A stretch of 64,000 bases of DNA from Kiritimatiellia bacterium. GTDB lineage: Bacteria; Verrucomicrobiota; Kiritimatiellia; JAAZAB01. Made by a program: the position numbers and the translations under genes. Shown here piece by piece: positions 1-10,483 of the stretch (position 1 is its first letter; each line of letters starts with the position of its first letter). The DNA lies in the NCBI GenBank assembly GCA_040767085.1, contig JAXGPF010000012.1:1-64000 (forward strand). The letters run 5' to 3'. The notes below the pieces were generated by a model. That model was not told the origin of the DNA. It saw only the letters and a program-made list of their open reading frames with translations, and made no database searches.

Positions 1-6
1 AGTATT

Positions 7-2976
7 ATGAGAACAGGCAAGCAGTACGTCAAGGGTTTTATCGTCCGGGTGTCGGTTGTCCTGAGCCTTTGCGGGGCGGTTGTCGCCACCCCGGCCGGGG
101 CGGTTCCGCTTAACGGCGTCGGTACGGAGGCCAACCCGTACCTGATCGCGAGCCTGGCCGACCTGGTGACCTTCCGGGACTGGGTGAACGCCTCCAACAA
201 CTGCGCCGGCGAATTCTTCCAACTCACGACGGACATCGACATGACTGGCGTGAACTGGACCCCGATCGGTGATGACGGCAGCTATGATGAATATGCGATT
301 TATTTCGCCGGAACGTTTGATGGTGACGGTCATACGATTAAAAATATTGCGATTGAAGATCATGCCTGGGGTGCCGCCTTGTTCGGCGTTGTGTCCGGCA
401 CGATCGAGAACCTGACCATCGCGGACTCCCATGTGACCGGCTCTTCCGGCGGCTACGCCCTTTTCGTGGTCATTGGGACCGGCGACTTCACGATGCGCAA
501 CTGCCACGCGGTTAACTCCTATGTTGCGGCAAACAGTAGCAGCGGCCTTATGTTGTCCTATGTGGACGTGGGCGGCACGGTAGCCATCGCTGACTGCGAT
601 ACGGATGGCGATTGCTACGCAACGGAAGCCATTGGTTACCAGATCGGTGGCATTGTCGGGCAGGTTTGCTACACGGATTCCATCACCTTTTCCGGATGCA
701 CGAACAACGCAGCCCTCAGCGGTTCCGGCGCCATTGGCGGCATCGTCGGGCAGTTGGGCGCCGCAACAAAGACTGCCGTTTTCACGGGCTGCGCCAACAG
801 CGGCACGATCACTGTCACGGGCGGAGCAAAATATGCCGGTGGCTTGGTTGGATACAAGAACATGGGCGGCGGCGTGACAGGCCTGACGATGGCCTTCACT
901 GACTGCTACAACTCCGGCACCGTCGTTGGCGGCGAAGCGGGTGCCGATCTCGGCGGCTTTGTCGGGTTCTCGAACGGCACGGACGCTTCGTTCACCAATT
1001 GTGTCAACAGCGGCGCAATCGGCGATGCCACATATGTGGCCGCGCGGGCTGCCGGTTTCATCGCTAGGGATAACTCCACGGCGGATGCCATTGTGTTTGA
1101 GAATTGCGCCAACACGGGCGCGATCACCGGCACGAGCACTGGCGCTTTCGGAGTCACTATGCCAACGACGCTCACCATCGCCGGCACGGCGACCGTGAAC
1201 AACGACCTGACGACGCTCTTCAATGGGAAAAGCAACGCCAACTACGTCGAAGCGTACATCGCGGGCGCGGCAACGACAGTCTACTACGCCGATTTCGCCG
1301 ATGCCGTCGCCGCCGCAGAGAGCGGCGATATCGTCACGCTCCTTGCGGACGGCCTCACCGCGGAGCTCGCCGCCGGCCAGTCGGTCACCATCGACGCCAA
1401 CGGCCACAGCGGGCTCTCCATCACCACAGTTGGCGGCTATAAAGTGGTTGAAAATGCGGGGACCTACACCTCCGTCGAGTTTTTGCCCGGCAGTGGCACG
1501 GAAGTCAGTCCGTTCCTGATCGCGAGCCTGGCCGACCTGGTGACTTTCCGGGACTGGGTGAACGCCGGGAACAACTGTTCGGGCGAATATTATCAAGTCA
1601 CGGTCGATATCGACATGTCGTCTGAGTCCAACTGGACTCCGATTTCCGATTACGGCTTAGAAGCCGGGGGCGACCTGCGTTTCGCGGGAACCTTCGATGG
1701 CGGCAACTTCACGCTCAGCCATCTGACCATCACGTCAAACCCGGCCGATCTGCTGGGCAATACATCCGACTTGATGTTGGGGTTGTTCGGCGCCGTCGGC
1801 AGCGCCAATTTCAGAAACATCCGGCTGTCGGAAGTCGACATCGGCGCCACCAATACGGATGGCGTTATCACCAACATGGGCATCTGCGCGGCACTCCTTG
1901 GGAATGCATCCGGGGCGTCTACGATCAGGGATGTCGAAGTCGTTTCCGGCTCCGTCAAATCCATCGAAAATGCCGCCGGCATTTACGGCTTCGGAACCGC
2001 TTACCTGCACCTGTCGAATTGCGTCAATCGCGCGGATGTTACCGGGTATTGCTCTGGCGGAATCGCCAGCGTTGCCGGCCGGGACAGCGACAATCCTTCG
2101 CTGATCGAATCATGTGTGAACTTTGGCGCGATCGCCAGCCATGACAACAGCGGTTCCGGCGTGGGCGGCATTTTGGGCAAGACGCAGAACAACCTGGTCC
2201 GAAACTGCACCAACCACGGTTCGGCCAAGGCGCACAACACGAAAACCTACGTGGGCGGCATTTGCGGCGTGGCGAATGCTGGTTCCGTGTTTGAAGACTG
2301 CGTGAACCACGGCGAAGTCACGTCCGACGTCGGAGAATATGGGCGCGCCGGCGGCATTGTCGGCAGCGCCGGCGGCGCGTTCACCTTCAATTTCTGCATC
2401 AACCTGGGCGACGTCACGGGCTACCAGGGCGCGGGCGGCATCGTCTATCATGTCGATGCCAACGCGAGCACGCTGAACTACTGCTACAACGGCGGGGCGA
2501 TTCATGCCACGCACGGCGACGCGGGCGGTCTGGTCGGCGGTCTGACCGGCAACGCCACAAGCTACAGCCTGAACGACGGCCCGGTCACGGCCAGCGGCAC
2601 GGCCTGCATGACGTCGCCGACCACCGGCGCATCGGTCTATTACCACGCGGCCGGTGTTCTATACAACGCGGATGGCACCCCCGCCGGCATCACCGAGATC
2701 GCCGCCTGCGACGCACTGAACACAGGTTTGGCGGCCGGCAGCGAGTTCTGGGGCATCAGCGCCGCCTCGGGACAGGCCTACCCGGCTCTTTGCGACATGC
2801 CGCCCGAGGTCTGGGTGGACGATAACTACACGCACGGCAGTTGCGGCGGGCACGTGTGGAACTATGACGCCTTCACCAGCATCCAGACCGGCGTGGACGT
2901 GGCCGCGGGCGGTACGGTCAATGTGGCGGCGGGGACGCATAACGATCACGTTTGCCAGTTCGTTCGCGAAGGATAA
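7..2976 (+). CDS. Large secreted/surface protein, N-terminal part (GLUG-motif beta-helix modules)
   Basis: Signal-peptide-like N-terminus. Two modules begin PYLI/PFLIASLADLVTFRDWVN and contain FAGTFDG plus many GGIVG...CxNxG repeats. The frame breaks near 2940. Confidence 0.8.
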   Translation: MRTGKQYVKGFIVRVSVVLSLCGAVVATPAGAVPLNGVGTEANPYLIASLADLVTFRDWVNASNNCAGEFFQLTTDIDMTGVNWTPIGDDGSYDEYAIYFAGTFDGDGHTIKNIAIEDHAWGAALFGVVSGTIENLTIADSHVTGSSGGYALFVVIGTGDFTMRNCHAVNSYVAANSSSGLMLSYVDVGGTVAIADCDTDGDCYATEAIGYQIGGIVGQVCYTDSITFSGCTNNAALSGSGAIGGIVGQLGAATKTAVFTGCANSGTITVTGGAKYAGGLVGYKNMGGGVTGLTMAFTDCYNSGTVVGGEAGADLGGFVGFSNGTDASFTNCVNSGAIGDATYVAARAAGFIARDNSTADAIVFENCANTGAITGTSTGAFGVTMPTTLTIAGTATVNNDLTTLFNGKSNANYVEAYIAGAATTVYYADFADAVAAAESGDIVTLLADGLTAELAAGQSVTIDANGHSGLSITTVGGYKVVENAGTYTSVEFLPGSGTEVSPFLIASLADLVTFRDWVNAGNNCSGEYYQVTVDIDMSSESNWTPISDYGLEAGGDLRFAGTFDGGNFTLSHLTITSNPADLLGNTSDLMLGLFGAVGSANFRNIRLSEVDIGATNTDGVITNMGICAALLGNASGASTIRDVEVVSGSVKSIENAAGIYGFGTAYLHLSNCVNRADVTGYCSGGIASVAGRDSDNPSLIESCVNFGAIASHDNSGSGVGGILGKTQNNLVRNCTNHGSAKAHNTKTYVGGICGVANAGSVFEDCVNHGEVTSDVGEYGRAGGIVGSAGGAFTFNFCINLGDVTGYQGAGGIVYHVDANASTLNYCYNGGAIHATHGDAGGLVGGLTGNATSYSLNDGPVTASGTACMTSPTTGASVYYHAAGVLYNADGTPAGITEIAACDALNTGLAAGSEFWGISAASGQAYPALCDMPPEVWVDDNYTHGSCGGHVWNYDAFTSIQTGVDVAAGGTVNVAAGTHNDHVCQFVREG

Positions 2977-4200
2977 TATCACGATCACAGGCGAGGCCGG
3001 CGCCGAGGCGGAGACGGTTGTGAACGGCGGCATATACATGGCATTTTCAACGTCACGCACGGTTTGAGCTTTCCAGGCATATGACGCTGAAAGGAACCTG
3101 CAAGCCGGGTCAAAGTTTTACGCTGCGTGCGGATACGGAAAAAGGCCTGCCGGCTGACACGGTCTTTGACAACGTGATTTTCGACGGTGAGAACACGATT
3201 ACCAACGCCGTCCGCATGCTCTACGTGACCAACACGCTGACCTTCATGAACAGCACCTTCAAGAACTATGGAAGCGATTGGGCCCTGATTAATGTCGGCT
3301 CGAAATCCCCAATGGCTATAACCTTGTCTTCAATAATAACAATTGTTGAAGACTGTGACGGTTGCGCGCAATTTTTCAATTTGTCAAATGTCACGGCCAC
3401 CAACAATGCCGTCTCCCGCATCGCAACCCATCCTTCCACCTGGGATGCGCTCGGGTTCGATGGCCGCGCGAATCCTGACGATCGGCGTTGCAATCGTGAC
3501 CGGCAACAACATCTCCGACAATAACGCGGGAGGACTGATCGTCTCCCGGTTTGCGGACGCCACTGTCTCGGCCAATACAATTTGCGGAAATGCCACTAAT
3601 TCCCAAAAAACACGGGCTTGTCAGGCTTTGGCTTGATCCTGAACAGAACACGACGGTCACGGCTGAGAACAAATATCATTTCCATTCCCAGCAACCCGAG
3701 CGCGACCGTGGAGAGCACAGGACTGATCTTAAAAGGAGACGGAACCTTCGCCCTTTCAGGAAATATGATCAATACCGTCGGCGACGCGGCCGTCGCCGGC
3801 ATCGTGCGCGGGGTGTTGGTCATGGATCGGACGACGGGAACAGCGCTCGACCTTGGCGATACCGCCCTGGGCGCTGCCCTGCCGGAGTACATCGCGGCGC
3901 ACACCACGGCGCCGGACGCCCTGGTTAATGCGACCGCGGTGACATTCGCCGGATTGGCCGGGTCGGCATGACGTGCTGGAACAGTTGTATGACACGGAGA
4001 ACAAGATCACCCACAAGGTCGACGACGCCGGACGCGGCTTGTGCGTCAGCGTCGATAATCTACCGCGTCACGCCTGGCAGCGGCAGCATCCAGGCGGCCA
4101 TTGACGCTGCTTCTCCCGGCGATGCCGTCAATGTGTCTTCGGGGCGTATCGGGAGCACCTCGTTGTACGGAAGTCCGGGATTACGCTCGTGGGGCAAGCA
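2940..4200 (+). pseudogene. Frameshifted central part of the same giant gene (parallel beta-helix segments)
   Basis: Protein-like sequence hops between frames across ORFs 2864-3067, 3081-3524, 3343-3636, 3618-3971 and 3968-4270 (e.g. SIQAAIDAASPGDAVNV). Confidence 0.65.
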
Positions 4201-6521
4201 ACCGGTTATCGAATTTTTATTACGGTATTTTTCTTTGTGGAGAGGCCGGACATGGAGCTTGTCACAATAACCGCATAGAGGGCAATGATCTCAACGGGAA
4301 AGATGTGGCTTGGTACGGTATCAACCTGTATGACGATGAAACCGTTGCAGGGCAGGAAAACAACGTCATATCGGGCAACTCCATAAGTGGGTGTGTTTAC
4401 AACATATACGCGGGGTACGATGCTATCGGCACGGTGATTTCAAATAACATCGTGCGGGGCAGCACGAACCTCGTTGATTATTTTTATAATAATCAAGCCT
4501 ATACGGATCCTCCGGTTAAGATTGAAGACCGGGGCGTAGGGATACGCATTACCGGCGATGGAGCATCCACCAACGGTACGACAGGACATACCGTTGTGGG
4601 TAACGACATCCGGGGCTGTCGGGACGGCCTTCGCTTGCAGACGTTCGATGTCATCGTCGAGCATAATCATTTTTCAGATAATGACGCGGGTGTTTATCTG
4701 GATGAATACTCGCATTCCGTTGCCGGCAATCAAATCCGGTCGAACATAATCGCCGGCAACAGAGATTATGGCGTTCGTTACAATACCCAGTATGGAGCAA
4801 ATACAATTGTCGACGCCGCCGGCAACTGGTGGGGCGCGGCGGACGGCCCGGGGCCGGTGGGGCCGGGCAGCGGGGACAAGGTCAGCGCCAACGTGGCATT
4901 CTCGCCGTGGTACGCCGACGAGGCCATGACGATCTTGTACTATACGCCGGCTGGGCTGGCGTTCATAACTCAGCCGAATGGGGCGCAAGCGGGAACACCG
5001 TTTGCCCAGCAGCCGATACTGGCGATGCTCAACGAGGCCGGCGGCGTGGCCGGCCAGTTCCAGGGGCAGGTTACGGTGGCCATCGGCGCTAATCCCGCCG
5101 GAGGAGTCCTGAGCGGGAATACCGCCCTGGCAGCGGTTAACGGGGTTGCCACATTTACCGACCTGGCACTCGATAAAGTGGGCGTGGGATATACCCTGGT
5201 GGCGTCAGCGGCCGGTTATCCCGCGGTTAACAGCGCGGTATTCAATGTGAGCAAAGCCAACCAGACCATTGAATTCCCGGCGATACCGGACCAGGTGGCG
5301 ACCGGCACGGTTGTGTTGAGCGCGACGGCTTCATCGGGGCTGCCGGTATCCTTTGCGGTGGCGGCGGGCCCTGGTGAGCTCACCGGCGATATCCTGACGT
5401 TTACCGGCGCTGGCATTGTCCAGGTTGTCGCCAGCCAGGCTGGGGATGCCGTCTGGAACCCGGCGCCGAACGTCACGAACAGTGTCGCGGTGAGCGATGT
5501 TTCGCACTTGGCGGCGCCGCGGAATCTGGCGGCCTCGGATGGAGATTTCACGAATCAGGTGACGTTGGCCTGGGGCCCGGTGAGCGGTGCAACCGGCTAT
5601 CAGGTTTGGCGCGCAACGGCGAATAACGCCGGGGCGGCAGTTTGCTTGGGCCGGGTAAGCCTGCCGGGGTATGCTGACGGCAGTTCGGAGGTGTTATCGG
5701 CGATCCGGTATTATTACTGGGTCCAGGCCTGCAACAGCGCGGCGACGAGCGACTTCAGCAACGTGGACAGCGGGTTCTGCCGGTCGAGCGATGATCCGGC
5801 AATTCTCAGCGGACAACCGATGGTTGGCGACTACGACGGGGACGGCAAGGCTGATCCGGCGGTCTATGATCTGGCTACCGGCCGGTTGTACGCCTGGCTG
5901 TCGGCGTCGGCTTACGCGTTGACGGCGCCGGTAGCGACTTTCCAGGTAGCGGCGGCAGATTTGCCCGTGGCGGGCGATTTCGATGGCGACGGCTTGGCGG
6001 ATCCGGGTGTCTTCCAGAATGCGGCAGGCGCCTGGTACGGCTGGCTATCGGGGTCCGGGTATCACCGGTTGGGCCCTGCGGTATTTGGCGTGAATGCCGA
6101 AGATGCGCCGGTGCCGGCGGACTACGATGGCGATGGCCTGACCGATCCGGCCGTACATCACGCTGCCAGCGGGGAATGGTATGCATGGCTCTCCAGTGGC
6201 GGCTATGCCGCGGCCGGCCCGATCGTGATGGGGACGCCAGGCGAGGGTCTGGCGGCGCCGGCGGATTACGACGGGGACGGCAAGGCCGATCCGGCCGTGT
6301 ATCACGCTGCCAGCGGGGAATGGTATGCGTGGCTCTCCAGCGGCGGCTATGCCATGGCCGGCCCGGTCACGATGGAGACGCCGGGCGAGCACCTTGCGGT
6401 GCCGGCGGATTACGATGGAGACGGCAAGGCCGATCCGGCGTCTTATATTCCCACCAGCGGGGTCTGGCGCGTCTGGCAATCCGGCAATGGCTATTCCTTG
6501 CTGGAAGCGCCGCTGCGCTGA
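4101..6521 (+). CDS. C-terminal part of giant surface protein: NosD-like beta-helix, Ig/FN3-like domains, FG-GAP/VCBS repeats
   Basis: DAAGNWWG motif, FN3-like APRNLAAS...YYYWVQA, and five DYDGDG/DFDGDG-x-x-DP repeats. The listed start is an artefact of the upstream frameshift. Confidence 0.8.
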   Translation: MTLLLPAMPSMCLRGVSGAPRCTEVRDYARGASNRLSNFYYGIFLCGEAGHGACHNNRIEGNDLNGKDVAWYGINLYDDETVAGQENNVISGNSISGCVYNIYAGYDAIGTVISNNIVRGSTNLVDYFYNNQAYTDPPVKIEDRGVGIRITGDGASTNGTTGHTVVGNDIRGCRDGLRLQTFDVIVEHNHFSDNDAGVYLDEYSHSVAGNQIRSNIIAGNRDYGVRYNTQYGANTIVDAAGNWWGAADGPGPVGPGSGDKVSANVAFSPWYADEAMTILYYTPAGLAFITQPNGAQAGTPFAQQPILAMLNEAGGVAGQFQGQVTVAIGANPAGGVLSGNTALAAVNGVATFTDLALDKVGVGYTLVASAAGYPAVNSAVFNVSKANQTIEFPAIPDQVATGTVVLSATASSGLPVSFAVAAGPGELTGDILTFTGAGIVQVVASQAGDAVWNPAPNVTNSVAVSDVSHLAAPRNLAASDGDFTNQVTLAWGPVSGATGYQVWRATANNAGAAVCLGRVSLPGYADGSSEVLSAIRYYYWVQACNSAATSDFSNVDSGFCRSSDDPAILSGQPMVGDYDGDGKADPAVYDLATGRLYAWLSASAYALTAPVATFQVAAADLPVAGDFDGDGLADPGVFQNAAGAWYGWLSGSGYHRLGPAVFGVNAEDAPVPADYDGDGLTDPAVHHAASGEWYAWLSSGGYAAAGPIVMGTPGEGLAAPADYDGDGKADPAVYHAASGEWYAWLSSGGYAMAGPVTMETPGEHLAVPADYDGDGKADPASYIPTSGVWRVWQSGNGYSLLEAPLR

Positions 6522-6598
6522 AACACAGAAGCATGCAAAAATGAGGTTGTATTGGAGTCGGAAAGGAGTGTCCTCCGCTCTTTCTCCAAAACAAGTCG

Positions 6599-6648
6599 TT
6601 GATTGAATTTATTCCGATTGCGAAGCGCATCGGAATGAATTCAATCAA
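6599..6648. terminator. Long hairpin between convergent genes
   Basis: ttgattgaatttattccgat pairs with atcggaatgaattcaatcaa around a 10-nt loop. Confidence 0.55.
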
Positions 6649-6668
6649 ACTCCTCTTCTCCGTGACGG

Positions 6669-7640
6669 CTACTCTTCGTGGTGAATCTCCGCCTGCTTTT
6701 CCCCGCGGATTCCGCGGAAAATCATCTTGCCCCGCACCCCGGCCGCGGCGGCAATGACCGTCAGGGTGCCTGCCAACAGGATGAAAATACCGGCCAGGTC
6801 GGACGGCGGCACGCCGCGGCCCAGGATGAAAAAAGCCGTGACGAGCGTGAATAATACCGCCAGCGGCTCCAGGGCGGAGGCCAGATAAACCGGCACCCTG
6901 CGCAAACCGTGCATGTACAACACGAAGGCCGGGGCGGTGATCAACCCCCCCTTGGCGGCAATCAGCAGCCACTGCCGGACGGTTATAACCTCCGCCGCGC
7001 GCCAGCCGCCGTGACCCAGGAAAATAGCGGCCATGGCCAGCGCTGCAATCGCCATGCGGATGGCAACCAGTTCCGCGGGCGGGATTACTTTCAGCAAGCG
7101 CTTGCCGGTCACGGTTGCGCCGGCCCATAATATCGCCGCCAGCAAAGCCAGTGTGCAGCCCGGCAATGCCCCGGGGCTGGAAGCGTTTCCGGAGGACTTG
7201 ATAATCAGAAAAATATTGGCGGCGATGATCAGGCCGATGCCAGCCAGGGTTGGACGGCTTAATCTTTCCCGCAGGCAGAAAAAAGCTATCAGGACCGCAA
7301 ACCCGACCTGCGACCTTAAGATCGCGCTGACCAGGCCGGGGTGCGCGAAACGCAAAGCAAAGACGTATAATAAATCCGGCATGGCGGTAAAAACCACCCC
7401 TTGCCATATAACCAGCCGCCGGTCCAATGGCGCAAGGATGCGCCAGCGCCGCCAGAAGCGCGCCAGCGGCAGGCAAAGGCAACAAGCGGCCGTGCCTGGA
7501 GCCAGGGCGGCAATCAGGCTGCGTGGCGCCGCATCGCCGATCAGGCAGATAAGAATTGGATCGAACGACCAGATCAGCCATGCGGACAGAATGAAAAAAA
7601 TGCCGGTAGTCATAAAGGCGATTGTTAATTTGTTTGACAT
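6669..7640 (-). CDS. EamA/DMT family transporter
   Basis: About 10 hydrophobic helices in two repeats; LRERLS motif; likely start MSNKLTIAF at 7640. Confidence 0.85.
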   Translation of the reverse strand: MSNKLTIAFMTTGIFFILSAWLIWSFDPILICLIGDAAPRSLIAALAPGTAACCLCLPLARFWRRWRILAPLDRRLVIWQGVVFTAMPDLLYVFALRFAHPGLVSAILRSQVGFAVLIAFFCLRERLSRPTLAGIGLIIAANIFLIIKSSGNASSPGALPGCTLALLAAILWAGATVTGKRLLKVIPPAELVAIRMAIAALAMAAIFLGHGGWRAAEVITVRQWLLIAAKGGLITAPAFVLYMHGLRRVPVYLASALEPLAVLFTLVTAFFILGRGVPPSDLAGIFILLAGTLTVIAAAAGVRGKMIFRGIRGEKQAEIHHEE

Positions 7641-8646
7641 GTTATGGCAAGATAATTCCAACCGGGCTGGCAGGGCGCCTGCCCGAAACAAATGGGCGCA
7701 TTCGTGCTTGACGGCATTCGCGCATTTCCTTAATCTGGCTGCGTTAGACTGGTGTATTGGTACATCCGTTTCAGAACATGCCGACCTTGAAAAAATTTGC
7801 TTGGGCTGGCCGCTGCTCCCAGGCGGCGCTCTGCGGCGGCGCACTGGTCCTGTGCCTGGCGGCAGAACTGTCGGCCGCCCCGGCGTCCGCCGCGGCGGAT
7901 GCGCCGGAGCGCAAGTCCGTGTTGAGCCCTGAAAAAGCCGGCAAGGCGGAGGGCGCCGCCGCCGATTACTCCCGCAAAGCGGTGATCTGCGAATGGCTGG
8001 CCGGCCGGTATGCCGGCAATCCGGCCGCGCCCTATGCCGAATTGCTGGAGCTTTACAAGGCTGCCGCGGAACAGAAATGGCGCGCCTGGCAGGCGTACCA
8101 TTTTGACGATCCTGAATTGCTCAAGCAAGCCGAGACCGCGGGCAAGCCGCTGGTCAAACAGGCCGGTGAAAAAGAAAAAGCCTTGAAGGCCCTCGGACTT
8201 CCCCGGCCGGAACTCAAAGCCCTGGATGAGGCAAGCCCGGGGCGCAAGGAGCGGGCGGAAAAAATATCCGCCAGCGAGCGCGCGGCCATGAATTGCGAGC
8301 GGCAGTCACACCTTCACGCCTTTCATGCCGGGCGCCTCGTTGACAGCCAGCAACCGCATCACGCGGCCATGGCGGAAGGATACGCCGCCCTGGCCTGGCA
8401 GCATTGGCAGGTCTGGCGGGCCTGCCATCTCAACGACATTGAAACCATGGTCAAGGCCCAGGCCAATGTCCGCATCCTGCAGGGCCGTCTCCAGAATTCC
8501 AGCCCGCAGGATGGGCCGCCCGGCGCGGCCCGGCGCCTGGACTCCGAACTGATCGCCGCCAGCGAGACAATCGCCGTCAACCACGGTATGCTGGCGGTCA
8601 AGTGCGGTCAGATGGCCGTGCAGACGGATGCCGGGTTGAAAAAAAT

Positions 8647-10180
8647 GTTTCCTCACCAGAATTTGTGGGTGATTACCGGTTCGGGCAATTGCCCAAGGGT
8701 ATGATATAGCGCCATTTCCGCGCCATGAAAAGTTCTGAAGCCATAAGATCGTTTGGTAACCACTCGAGCTTTATTGTTCAAGCCCTCGGTTGCGCCAGTA
8801 AAAACCTCGTTTCTGGCTCTGATCCAGTTCAAAAGCAGCTCCTCGTGTTTAGCAATGGTTTTAGCCGCCTTAATGATTGGCGCAATGCGGCTACGACAGG
8901 CGCGCTTGACCCATGCCTGGAGATAATTACGCGCCCAGGTTGGGCTGTGATAGCTCCAAAAATGCTGAAAGCTTTCCTTGAACAAATAGGCGCGGCCGGT
9001 TTGCAGTCTTGTGCCCAATATCCGATCAAGCATTTCGCGAGCTTTGCCGCGCACGCGGGTTTTGCGGCGCAGCAAGGTCCAGCGCATTTTCTTGAGTTTT
9101 TGCTTGGCCGCCGGACGCGCTGTCATCGCCGCCATATCCCGGCGCCGGACCTCGTCCACGGCGGCATTCAAGGTTTGCACGACATGGAAGCGGTCAATCA
9201 TGTGGCAACCGTGGCTGAGGCTCGCAGCAATGACTTTCAGATAAGGTCGCCACATATCGCTACATATATGTCGAATGCCGGCCAGCACGGGTTTTCCCAA
9301 AGATTGCAACCCTTTACGCAGCGCGGCCGCCCGGCGGGTTTGGCCGACCCAGAGCAATCGGCGGCATTGCGCATCAATCTGATAGATCAAGGTCAGATAG
9401 TTCTTGCTCTTTTTACCGTTGCCTACGTGGAGTTCATCAACACCAATCGCCGTTATATTGGCCAATTCCCGGTGCGCCAAGCCCCATTCCACCATCCACT
9501 CGACCGACCGATAAACCGCCTGCCAACTGACTTTGAAAATCAGCGCCGTCTCTTTCCAGGACAACCTCCGCGCCCAGTTCCCCAAAAAAAGCATCAGCGC
9601 CTTGCTGTAGGGTCGTTTGCCATCGCTCCAAGGCAGCGCTTCCACCACCACGCCATGTTCGGGGCAATTTACCCGGCGCGGACTATAATGCAAAAAAGCC
9701 GGCACATTCAAAATGGGCACAAACGCCCATATCCGTTCAGGCAGAGTGTCGTATGTCGCCAGCGGTCGCCCGCAACGCGAGCAGCATGCCGCGCGTTGGC
9801 GATGCGGACGAATGCTTATATCCACTTTCCATTGGCCGCGACGATCCAAAACCATACAAGTTTCCTGATAAATAAAACGTTTCAAAGGTTGCAAACGATT
9901 CAAAATTGTTTTAAGTTTCACCTTGGGCTGGTCCTCCTTTTTTTGTGTTCACCCATTGCATACGCAATGGATTACGGAAAGGCCAGCCTATTTTTTTGCC
10001 GCCGCTTTATCTCCGTTCCGCCATCGCGCCAATCAGGAGTTATTAATCAGGCTGCTGCGGGGCCGCCAAACGCCCAAAGCGGCAGGCTGTTAATAACTCC
10101 ACCATCTTTTGGCGCCATTGCTTGGAGAACTTCTTAAACTTTAAAACCTGTTTTTTACCCACAAATTCTGGTTAGGAGCC
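8647..10180 (-). mobile_element. ISL3-family insertion sequence (1534 bp)
   Basis: 26-bp imperfect terminal IRs (gtttcctcaccagaatttgtgggtga / ggctcctaaccagaatttgtgggtaa) and 8-bp target duplication AAAAAAAT at 8639-8646 and 10181-10188. Confidence 0.93.
8653..9921 (-). CDS. ISL3 family transposase
   Basis: Zn-finger CSRC...CPEH and motifs IGVDE, CSDMW, IDRFH, TEGLNNK, KRSYGFR. Confidence 0.95.
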   Translation of the reverse strand: MKLKTILNRLQPLKRFIYQETCMVLDRRGQWKVDISIRPHRQRAACCSRCGRPLATYDTLPERIWAFVPILNVPAFLHYSPRRVNCPEHGVVVEALPWSDGKRPYSKALMLFLGNWARRLSWKETALIFKVSWQAVYRSVEWMVEWGLAHRELANITAIGVDELHVGNGKKSKNYLTLIYQIDAQCRRLLWVGQTRRAAALRKGLQSLGKPVLAGIRHICSDMWRPYLKVIAASLSHGCHMIDRFHVVQTLNAAVDEVRRRDMAAMTARPAAKQKLKKMRWTLLRRKTRVRGKAREMLDRILGTRLQTGRAYLFKESFQHFWSYHSPTWARNYLQAWVKRACRSRIAPIIKAAKTIAKHEELLLNWIRARNEVFTGATEGLNNKARVVTKRSYGFRTFHGAEMALYHTLGQLPEPVITHKFW

Positions 10181-10483
10181 AAAAAAATTTACCTCGACCT
10201 GTCCGAGAATTACCGCGAATCTTCGCAGTTACGCCGCAGGATCGCCAACGCTGCCGCCGGCATGGACGACCACGCCGTCGCTGCGTTGCAGATAAAAATA
10301 TTGACACTGCGCGATGCCCGCCGGGAACTTTGGGAACATGAAAAAAAGGCTTTGGACGATCTGAAGGACGATCCGGCGCAGACGGAAACACGGCGCAAAA
10401 TTGCCGAATTCAAGCGCGAATACCAGGCGCTGCGCCAGCAGGTAGCCAGCCTTAAGGATGCGGATTGATCCCGGCCCGGCCGC

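Larger units (their letters stand above)
7778..10468 (+). pseudogene. Secreted helical hypothetical protein interrupted by ISL3
   Basis: Removing 8647-10180 and one AAAAAAAT copy fuses ORF 7757-8704 in frame with ORF 10262-10468 (...GLKKIYLDLSENY...GMDDHAV). Confidence 0.85.

Noticed and set aside
6113..6440. DGR template/variable repeat pair
   Set aside because: Both copies are in-frame tandem coding repeats, the differences are not adenine-specific, and there is no reverse transcriptase in the window.
8725..10137. 470-aa plus-strand ORF and other long antisense ORFs (e.g. 21352-22614, 26385-27560, 60866-62161)
   Set aside because: They are shadows of well-supported genes on the opposite strand, common in GC-rich DNA, and show no recognisable motifs.
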